A program made the translations under genes and the position numbers. A stretch of 46,891 nucleotides of DNA, from the NCBI RefSeq assembly GCF_001194135.2, contig NC_068984.1:113728977-113775867 (forward strand). Direction: 5' to 3'. Every line of letters starts with the position of its first letter. Within the stretch, counting starts at the first letter, position 1. The notes below the pieces were generated by a model. It saw only the letters and a list, made by a program, of their open reading frames with translations. It was not told where the DNA came from and did no database searches. This DNA comes from Octopus bimaculoides. Taxonomy: Eukaryota. This document shows, in pieces, positions 11,521 to 21,679 of the stretch.

Positions 11521-12765
11521 TTTTCAAACGTTACAAAAATATGTACACCCTAAAGGAAATTTACTATATTCAATATTTTATCCACTTTTTTTTTCCTAAA
11601 TTCAGATATTGCTGATAATTTCAATTCTAGTATATTATTTCTCCTGGCATTTTTGTACCTGTCATTGCTATTGCATCTGTAGGAATTCTGATCTGTGTAC
11701 CGTGGTGAAAATCTTCTTCATTGTAATTAAAATGGCACCCACCAAAAGGAAAAGAATTGTTTGAAGACATGAAGAAAATTATTTTTAATTTGCACAAGAA
11801 TGGTTTAAGATACAAGATAATTAGCAAACGAATACATATTAGCGTAAACACAGTTGCCAATGTAATTCAGAAGTACAAAGCTACTAGACGGCTAAGCAAT
11901 AAACATCGTCCATATTGTTCTATTTTAACTGCGCATGATATTCGCCACAACCAACGTTGCGTGATGTATGACAGGCGCCGTACCACTTCATCTATAGCCC
12001 AAGAAGTGTCTTCTGTTAGTGGAATAAGTGTATCCTCCCAAACAGCTCGCTGCAATTTAAACCAGTGTGGTTTTCATGGGCGCATTCCTCGTAGGAAGCC
12101 TTTCCTCGCCACAAGTCATAAATTAAGGCGTATTTCTTTTGCCAAAACTTATGTAAGAGGAAAGAGTTTTAGAATAAAATTCTTTTTTCTGACGAGACTA
12201 AAATCATCTTGCTTGGGTCAGATGGTATTAAACGAGTATGGCGACAACCAGATGAAGATTATGGTGACAAATGCACCATATCTACCGTTATACACGGTAG
12301 CGGAAGTGTTATGCTTTGGGGATGCATGAGTACGGTTGGTGTGGGAGGACTCACATTTATTGAGAGAACAATGGATTGTGACATATTGCAGAAAACAATG
12401 TTGAAAAGCATCAAGGAGCTAGGAACACATTCCATTTTCCAACATGATAATGATTCTAAACACACTTCAAAAATGACGGCTAAGTTTTTATCAGATAAAA
12501 AGGTATGGGCATTGCCTTGGTCTACCATGCCACCCGATTTAAACTCAATAGAACATCTGTGAAGTGTTTTGAAAAGGAAGGTTGAGGATAAAAAGACCCA
12601 CAATATAACACAGTTGAAAGGCATCATTCAGAATGAATGGAGGTCAATTACATAGGTTATATCGGGAAATTTAGTCAATTCTATGCTCAGCAAAGGCGAT
12701 TACACCAAATATTGAATATAGCAAATAATCCTTTAAGGTGTACATATTTTTGTATCGTTTTAAAA
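11521..12765 (+). mobile_element. Tc1-family (DD34E) DNA transposon relic; transposase ~11732-12715 with frameshifts and stops
   Basis: MAP..KEL, HGRIPRRKPFL, SDETK, KRVWRQP, VMLWGCMS, FQHDNDSKHTS, DLNSIE with 34 residues between D and E, C-terminal GDYTKY*; ~57 bp inverted repeats at 11521-11577 and 12708-12765. Confidence 0.93.
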
Positions 12766-12854
12766 CTAATATTTCGTTCGTATCTTTGAAAATGTTTATT
12801 GTTTTGTGTTCCAAATTTGTATAATGTTTGCATGTGCAATATATTTTATTGAGT

Positions 12855-13286
12855 ACTAGCTGTTTTTCCCGGTTTCACTCGGGCAGTGTAGTGGATTTGG
12901 TTAAAGGCTATTTCCTATGTATATTTTGAATAATAAAAAGAACTAAAAATAAAAAAAAACAAATTCCAAAAACAAATAAAGTAAGAACAACCCAAAAACA
13001 ATACGATGCTAAGGATTTTGCGGGTCGATATTGTAAAACTAACTTCACGTGTGTACCCATAGCCCCATGTAGTCACGGAACCTTATTTGTCGTATAACCT
13101 CGCCTTAAAAGAAAAATGTATGGTAGTGCGGTTGTTGTATTGGCGACACAAGAATGTTAATCGAAACTGTTCAAGATCAATCATAGGTTGGACGTTCATG
13201 TACACTGATTAGAATTGTGAATTTCAATTATTGAAAACGCGTTCCCGGATGGATACAATTGTGCAGAGTCCGTTTGTCTCAATATG
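12855..13286 (-). mobile_element. Helitron 3' terminus plus internal sequence (runs into gap)
   Basis: On the minus strand: hairpin CCCG-agtgaaac-CGGG (12868-12883), short spacer, then CTAG|T (12856-59, T at 12855), the canonical Helitron 3' signature. Confidence 0.7.
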
Positions 13287-13833
13287 NNNNNNNNNNNNNN
13301 NNNNNNNNNNNNNNNNNNNNNNNNNNNNNNNNNNNNNNNNNNNNNNNNNNNNNNNNNNNNNNNNNNNNNNNNNNNNNNNNNNNNNNNNNNNNNNNNNNNN
13401 NNNNNNNNNNNNNNNNNNNNNNNNNNNNNNNNNNNNNNNNNNNNNNNNNNNNNNNNNNNNNNNNNNNNNNNNNNNNNNNNNNNNNNNNNNNNNNNNNNNN
13501 NNNNNNNNNNNNNNNNNNNNNNNNNNNNNNNNNNNNNNNNNNNNNNNNNNNNNNNNNNNNNNNNNNNNNNNNNNNNNNNNNNNNNNNNNNNNNNNNNNNN
13601 NNNNNNNNNNNNNNNNNNNNNNNNNNNNNNNNNNNNNNNNNNNNNNNNNNNNNNNNNNNNNNNNNNNNNNNNNNNNNNNNNNNNNNNNNNNNNNNNNNNN
13701 NNNNNNNNNNNNNNNNNNNNNNNNNNNNNNNNNNNNNNNNNNNNNNNNNNNNNNNNNNNNNNNNNNNNNNNNNNNNNNNNNNNNNNNNNNNNNNNNNNNN
13801 NNNNTATATATATATATATATATATATATGTAT

Positions 13834-14520
13834 ACTAGCAGAAACACCGCCCTCCGGATGGTTTTCTGCTGACCACACGATGATATTTCCACATTTGATT
13901 CGCAATTCTAATGATTTTTAGGACATTTTAAATCAAATTACTTTTTGTATTATAGTGTCGCTTGTTTAGTAAATATTGCTTTCATTATTTTATCACAGTC
14001 ATAATCTCTCTTTTTTAAACAAACATCAAGGTAGTTCAACTACGTTTAATGTGCCAAGAAATAGCAGCGATCACATAGAGATATTTTAATACCTAAAGCG
14101 TATCAAATAACCATAGCAGAAAATTCACTTGCAAATTTTTAGATAGCGACGGAAAGGAAATAAGTCACATGAGTTCGAAGCTGCAGTATGTTTTAATAAA
14201 TTGTCCAATATAATTCATTTGCAGTATGTATAAACAATAAACTGAAGGCATTTACACAGCGAATTTAAGTCAATAAAATACCAGATTTCTTCATCTGAAA
14301 TAACGAAATAAAGCTAGAAATGAAAAAATTGCAATGAATATATATTAAGTAGATTATTATTAATGAAAACAATAAGTGACGAGAGAGAGAGAGAAAGTGA
14401 GAGACTGTGTAGCAAATGAAAACGAAAAATTTTGCCAGAACATATTAATATTGTTAATCAGATTTTAAAACCTACTCTGCAGTGAACGTAAAGCTTGGCT
14501 ACAAATATTTAATTTTTATC
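13834..14520 (-). mobile_element. Non-autonomous Helitron-like element
   Basis: CTAG|T at 13834-13838 with an adjacent GC-rich hairpin (13837-13870); 14055-14510 is homologous to 16275-16625, which flanks the PIF1 remnant. Confidence 0.6.
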
Positions 14521-14571
14521 AATAACAATAGACGCTTCAAAAGTGCCTTTCTATCGATATAAATTCTTTTC

Positions 14572-14750
14572 TACTCAGGGTACAAGGCCCGAAATTTTGG
14601 GGGAGGGGACCAGTCGATTAGATCGACCCCAGTGTGCAACTGGTACATAATTCATCGACCCTGAAAGGATGAAATGCGATGTCGACCTCAGCGGAATTTG
14701 AACTAAGAACGTAATGACATACGAAATACCGCTACGCATTACGCCCGGCT
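14572..14750 (-). mobile_element. SINE group A
   Basis: acaaggcccgaaatttt...gtcgattagatcgaccccag...gaaaggatgaaa..cgatgtcgacctc.gcggaatttgaact. Confidence 0.88.
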
Positions 14751-14796
14751 TAGCTGTGAGTGATGCTGAGATTCAATCATTGATGAATCTCTTGGT

Positions 14797-14851
14797 CTGA
14801 GCAAGTATAAAGATCTTGGAATAGAAATTGGCAAAATGTGGAACCTCAAGA
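14797..14851 (+). mobile_element. Isolated 55 bp piece of RLE-LINE coding sequence
   Basis: 54/55 identical to the reverse complement of 4642-4696 (LSKYKDLGIEIGKMWNLK). Confidence 0.9.
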
Positions 14852-15199
14852 GAGTCAAACTTATGACTATTATGGAGGGTGTGACTAACTTACTCATGGA
14901 CATCACAGAAATTTATATGTAGATATATAGCTGAATCAATCTGTTATATATACTTATCATTAATAATTGGTAGAACTTACATAGGTGTGCATAGATAGAT
15001 GGATGGATGGATGGATGGATACACACACTTACATAGAAGTCTGGTGCTGTAAGAACACATGGGATTGGCGTTTCCTTACTTTTTCAGAGATACTCAAATT
15101 TAAAATGATCTAATATAACGATATCATTCATCCGGCATGTGTTGAAATACGCCAAAACAATTTGATTCCTCACAAATATATGTTACTTTACACATAATT

Positions 15200-16630
15200 T
15201 GTGTTAATTCTAGTTACTGAAATTTGCTAGAAAGCATATTTTGCTTTAAACTAGTATCTCCTCGTAGACACAATTGTCAGTAATCATACTGTTTCCATTT
15301 CTCTCAGCCAATATTTTTACATTAGCCTTCTTTCGAACTCTAGATAGTGCAACATACAGATGTCCATGTGAAAAGAATTGTGTCGGAAGATATATCCCAA
15401 TTTGTTCAAAAGTCTGTGCCTTGTTGCACGTGAAGGCAAAAGCTGGCTTGACAGGAAATTGTTTTCGTGTAAATGTGAATGGAAATTCCATTTCTTGAGA
15501 TACATGTCGCATGCTTGGGATTAGCAGACTTGGTCCTACATAAGGATCAGAAGTAACTTCAGCCTCAGTAACATGATCATGTAAACTGACAATGGGGTAG
15601 CGTGTGCCATTGCAATGTCCACTAGTAGCATCTAAATTTCTCAGAAGCATTATGTAGTATTTTTTTCTTCAGTTTCAGAATGTGTGATAGAAACCCCGAT
15701 GGTGTAAGTTTGTTGATCAACTCGATTAGGTACAGAGTTTCATTATAAACTGTATTTGAGATTCTTCCTATTTTTAGCTCACCGGAGATCAACAGAAAAT
15801 CATTCACAAATTGTGCTACTTCATTTGTTGGAGTAACAATGGTTCTATTTGTAAACCACACAGTCTGTGAAGTTATTTTTTTAGGTCAGCATATACAAAA
15901 TCACATAGACCTGACAGAGTACCACTTTCAAGGCAAAAGGGATTGGATAGCTTGATTTTGAATTCATCTAGGCTTTTTTCAACAGAAATGTTACCATTTC
16001 CTACACCAAAAAGGTAATTAGCAAACTCTCTTTCATCTGATTGACCTTCTATAAGAAGTCTTAGATTGGTTGTCAACTCCAGTACTTCCACATGATCCCA
16101 AAGAAAAGATCTCTTTAGTGTTGCACCATTATTTTGAAGTAGAATATTCTCCTCTAGAGAGAGGAAGAGAGAGAGGGGGAGAGAGAACATTACAAACATT
16201 GAATGAAAATATGCATGAAATAAAAAGATCGTATTAGTGAAAGCTCGTTAAAAACTATCTTGCTTAGCGTGCTAAAAATAGCAGTGGTCACATAATTATT
16301 ATTGTAAGGCTTATAGCGTTCCAAGCAGCCATACCAACAAAATCACGTTTTTATTAAAAAAGAAAATTATACTGATATATTAAAGAATTTTCATTTTATC
16401 AAAAATCTTTATTTCACAAACTCCGGATAATAACTCCTAATATTCTTGAAATTGTGCCTCTTATCGAAGTTATATAGCTATTATAAAATTATCATTTATG
16501 AAAATAGAGGCGAGCGACGTTGGGAGACTGTTGCAAATAAAAACGTAAAATGTTTCCTGCAAAGAATTAATATTGCTTATTATTAAACATTAAAATCTAC
16601 TCCGCAGTGAATGTAATGAATATTTAAATT
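15200..16630 (-). mobile_element. Helitron deletion derivative carrying the C-terminal half of the PIF1-type helicase (pseudogenised)
   Basis: LKRSFLWDHVEVLELTTNLRL, FANYLFGVGNG, IVTPTNEVA, MLLRNLD..GHCNGTR, RKQFPVKPAFAFTCNKAQ, FSHGHLYVALSRV, VYEEIL*; these are typical Helitron RepHel helicase motifs; frameshifted. Confidence 0.92.
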
Positions 16631-16741
16631 CTCGAGAATTTGGAGTTAAAAATTCAATAAACAACAGAAATCGAAATTATAGGAAATTTCTTAGAACATG
16701 AATTTATAGAAATACTTCCAGACGATCATATATATATATAT

Positions 16742-18945
16742 AAACCACAATTATTTAATTCATCCATGAAAATCCACAATCACTCACAGAAAAATTTAAT
16801 AAGTAAACACACTAAAAAGACCTATAATAAAAATCAAAGTAATAAATATTAAGATAGTAAAAATATATATCTAATAATAACGATGTAGAAAATTCCAATT
16901 ATATTAATTCAAAATTTAAATCTAGAAAAGAACCCCCGTATAATAGGGATATACAGATTTTAGAGGATAATATTTGGAAGGTGGTGAAAAATATTAAACT
17001 TCATAAATACTCAAATAGACATAATGATTATTTAAGAAATCTAGCTATTAAAATAAAAGAAATGCGAAGTATGGAGGGAATTATAGTACAATCAGATAAA
17101 ACTAGGAACCTGTATAAACTAGATGTTAAATTATGTGATAACCTATTAGAGAAAGAAATTGATAAAAAATGTAAAATTATTTATTTTATAAATAAGGCCT
17201 CTAAATTAATAATGATGAAATATGAGTTAGATAATAAAACTGAAACTTATGTACCTATGCCCCCTAGAATTACTTTGAAAGACCATAAGGATAATTTTTA
17301 TTCTGACCCTAAAGTTATGTAAATTAAGTAAAATCATTTTAGATGAATATATAGATAGATTAAATGATATTAATTACCTTAAACTATGGAATAATACTAT
17401 AGATACTTTAAAATGGCTTAATAACATTAAAGATAAAACTAGATATAAATTTATTCAAATAGATATAGATAATTATTATTCTTCTATTAATGAGATTGTA
17501 CTTAAGGCCCTAATTTAACCATGAAGAAGGTAGGTATGACTTATGATGAAGTTAATGTAGTTAAAAGGGTTAGGAAATCGTTGATTAAATATAATAAGTT
17601 GTGGGCTAGGAAAGATACTAGGGACGATTTTGATATACCAATGGGGCACCCGATTCAGCACAGGTAACTGATTTAGTAAGTATATATTTATTATTAGAAC
17701 TTCAACTTGAAAACTTAAAATTGGAGGGTGGTTTATATAGGGATGACCTCTTATTACTAACTAAGAATTGCATCAATAGAACACTAGAATTATATAAGAA
17801 GAGACTATATAGTTTTTTTAAAAGAGATGGATTAAAGATTACTATATATAATGAGAATTATAATGTGAATTATTTAGATGCTAATTTTTTTATTTAATAA
17901 CAGGTAAGACCCAACCATTCCATAAAATTAATGAAATCATTAGATATATTAATGCTAATAGTAATCATCCACCCTCAATTAAGAAATTGTTAACATATAA
18001 TATAGGTAAGAGAATATCGTTACTTTCTTCTACTTCTGAGATTTTCCAAAAACATGCACCTTATTATAATGAAGCCCTTCGTGAGGCGTGATATACTAAT
18101 AATATTAAATTCTTTAGTAATTCGAATTATAATTATAATATCAAAGATTATAATATTAATGATCCATTTATTTTCTATAATAATAAACATAACATTAAGA
18201 AATATGATAAGGTCTATTTAGGTAATAATGGTAAGAATAATAGGTATTATGATAATAAAAAACATACACATAATTATAATGGACAAAATAATAAGATTAA
18301 ATTTAATTCATTTAATGATAATAATAAATTTAATAATATAAATAATAAATATAATAATATCAATAATATTCTACTATTAATAATGTTGGTAACATTATTT
18401 CTTATTTTAATAGATATAAGTTAAATTAAATAAGTTTTACAAATATAAATTAAATACTTATTCTAATAATAATAATAAGGACCAGGATATAATTAATTGT
18501 ACATGTAGATATAAGACCAAATGTAAATTTAATAATAAATGTGATTTGAAGGATGTGGTGTATAAATATATAGTGACTTTAATAGATAGGAATAAATTTA
18601 ATGGTTATAATTTAAATAATATTTACATAGGATCGACTTCGAATAAAATTAAATTACGTGTGGCTCGACACATGAATCCCTTTAAAAATAGAAATTTGAT
18701 TAATTCTACTGGCCTTAGTAAATATATTTGGGAACTAAAATCTAACAATATTAAGTACATTTTAAATTGGGAGATAGTTTGTAAGGCGAAATCTTATCGC
18801 ATAGGTAGTAATTTTTGTATGTTGTGTACAAATGAATTTAAGGAGATAGTATTAAATAATAATACTATTTTGATTAACTCCCTTGATGAACGTAAGATTA
18901 AATGTAGACATAAATTAAATTGTTTATATAATAAGTTTAGCTAAT

Positions 18946-18993
<48 letters not shown>

Positions 18994-19960
18994 CCCTATT
19001 TTATGTTTACTAATTGTAGTAGTTATAATTTGTAATTATAAAGTGTGTATTAATTAGTACGATAATATTTTTAGTGAATATTATCTATTAATTAAATGAT
19101 GCTATGATTTTTATAACATAAATAATTTAAATATTTTAGTTAATTTATTTTATTTAATTATTTTAATTTATTGTATTTTAGCTTCTTTTATGTATATTAT
19201 CTAATTTACATATTTTAGTTTTAATTTATTAGACTTTAAAATTAGTTAGAATTTAAAATTTTCCAGTAAATGTTTATATTACAGTTAATTTTTTATTATG
19301 ATTAAAGCTAAAAATACATTTTGATTTTATAAATAAAACTTAAATACATATTTATATATCTCTTGATTATATTACTTTTCTTTACGCCATATTTTCACGC
19401 GACGTAATTCTAATAAACGCTAAGTTAAAAGTATAACGTTTAAAATTTTTGTTTAAACTAAAGCTTCGATGAGATAAGTATTACATTTATTTTCAATAAT
19501 ATTGTTCAATGTTTTTTCTTTTGTTTATTGGTAAAATAAGTATTTTCTATATAAATTCATTTGATATTTATTGTTAGTTGATATATATATACATTGATTT
19601 TATTATTATTATTGTATTTTGACCTGACAATTAAGCTATATTTTTGAATAGAATTAATTTTCGATCGATTTATTTTGAATCGACTTGATTTTTATTCTAT
19701 TCTTTATTTGAAAACATGGTTATGAAACACGTGTAGTCACTTTTACTATTTTAATATTCATTACTTTGTACATTTTTGATTCGTAGTGTGTTTTGTTCTT
19801 ATATTTTTCCATATGTGATTGTAGATTTACATGGATGACTTAAATAATTGTGGGGTTTTTCTCTAAATTATATATTTATATATTATTTATTGTGAAATTT
19901 AATTTCATTTTGATAAATTAAATTGAATTTTTCCCAGTAAATTTGGAATTTTTGTCCCTA
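16742..19960 (+). mobile_element. Penelope-like element (RT + C-terminal GIY-YIG endonuclease), decayed, bracketed by (TA)n
   Basis: FKSRKEPP, VQSDKTRNLYK, ITLKDHKDNF, IDIDNYYSSIN, FDIPMG, GLYRDDLL, INANSNHPPSI, then CTCRYKTKC..KC, VVYKY..IYIGST..KLRVARH, TGLSKYIWELK, CMLCTNE, KCRH (18546-18944). Confidence 0.92.
19620..19739 (+). ncRNA. Type I hammerhead ribozyme motif with long stem II at the PLE 3' end
   Basis: Stem I TGAC (19620-23)/GTCA (19736-39); core CTGACAA (19624-30, one change from CTGACGA); ~93 nt stem II with GAATAGAAT/ATTCTATTC and TCGATT/AATCGA pairings; GAAA (19724-27); stem III C-ACGT-G; GTA triplet. Confidence 0.7.
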
Positions 19961-20309
19961 ATATATATATATATANNNNNNNNNNNNNNNNNNNNNNNNN
20001 NNNNNNNNNNNNNNNNNNNNNNNNNNNNNNNNNNNNNNNNNNNNNNNNNNNNNNNNNNNNNNNNNNNNNNNNNNNNNNNNNNNNNNNNNNNNNNNNNNNN
20101 NNNNNNNNNNNNNNNNNNNNNNNNNNNNNNNNNNNNNNNNNNNNNNNNNNNNNNNNNNNNNNNNNNNNNNNNNNNNNNNNNNNNNNNNNNNNNNNNNNNN
20201 NNNNNNNNNNNNNNNNNNNNNNNNNNNNNNNNNNNNNNNNNNNATATATATAAATACATACACACACATATATATATCGAGAAAGAAAGAAAGAAACAAA
20301 CAAACAAAG

Positions 20310-20500
20310 TGACTATGCATGTTGCGTGAACCAAGGATATTATAGTAACTGGAACCAGAACGTCTCCATTCTCTGGATCTGAGACTAAGATCGACAGTGT
20401 GATTGAGTAGGCCACAGACCTGTCTCGTTTGTAATTGGTATTGTAATTGATAATGTCTACAACTTGAAGATGCCTTGCAGTTAAAACCATGAGCTTTTTT
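20310..20500 (-). other. Candidate exon (unverified), weak cadherin-repeat-like look
   Basis: Polypyrimidine tract plus AG (ctctgtgtttccttttatccttctgttag| at 20501-02), two of three frames open ~190 nt; DIINYNTNYKRDRSVAYSITLSILVSDPENGDVLVPVTI. No clear donor site and no DxNDN motif. Confidence 0.25.
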
Positions 20501-21679
20501 CTAACAGAAGGATAAAAGGAAACACAGAGTTGAGAATTATATAGTGGCTAGGAATGAACGACGCATCCCAGTAAAAAAATACTACTAATACTTCAAACGA
20601 CATGCGATCCTTATTGTAACAGAGCTTATTTGAGTATATCTGTGTAAGTAACCGAAACTGTTTCTTCTAACCTTTCTCTAACCATCATCACACTTCGCAA
20701 CAGCTCTTACATCAATCGCTTTTCTAAAGTAATGAAACATTAGTAATTCACACGTATCTGACAGTGCCTCTTTCACCAACCATTTCTCGCGAATTAAAAA
20801 GAAAGTTTAAAAGAGAAAAAGAGAAAGAAAAAGAATTGATGAAAGAGAGAGAAAACGAGAAGGTTGTTTCAGGTAGACGATAGTATCGTTTGATGTGTCT
20901 GATGTATCACTGTCTAAAAACATTTCCCTTTTTCCGTGTTTGTTCACGCAATGTTCGTCTTGGTGTTCAGTAAGGCAGATTCTATGTGACCGCTTTATTT
21001 GCTGAAAATAGTAGCCTAATCTTCCTCATATCACACTCTACCACCATAAATTAAAAGACATATTCGACACTGTAGTTCCTGATACTCAAAAATACGGTAA
21101 GTCATGACTGGAGTGCCTTATATCAGAGTTAATATGGGACTAAACAATAACCCCCAAGCCTACCTCGAGACAATGAGAAGGCTACAGCGTGATCACTTGA
21201 ACCTTTTAGAAATAGCATTCCAATTTCACTTTCCGTCTCAAATTAGGAAATGATACATTGGACAAAGTATTTTTTCATATACAAAAATTGCTGCCTTGTG
21301 TCTGAATCAAAAATTATTTTATAGAGAAAATCAGTTAATATTGTTTGTAACCAGGCAATGGTCAGCCAAGTTTTAGAAAAACATCACTGATATTGAATAT
21401 TTGAACAAGTGTAGTTTAGAATGTTCTGTTCTATCTCTATGTCTGTGCTTATATATATATATATATACATGAGTGTGTACATAGGTAAGATATCGATTTT
21501 CCAAATCCCCTGGTTCCAAAGCCTGTACGGATTACCGACTTTTCCGAACCAGGAGTAGTCACTCTGGATAACAGACTCTAAATTAAACAAATATTAAATT
21601 TATTTATATAATGAAATGAAATACAGTTGCCTGTACATTGGTATAGTTGATACAATTTTATTAATATTATATTATACTG

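Noticed and set aside
18089-18091. In-frame TGA in the PLE as possible selenocysteine
   Set aside because: It sits at a usual Gly position (GGA to TGA is one change) in a copy with many other lesions; no SECIS recognised.
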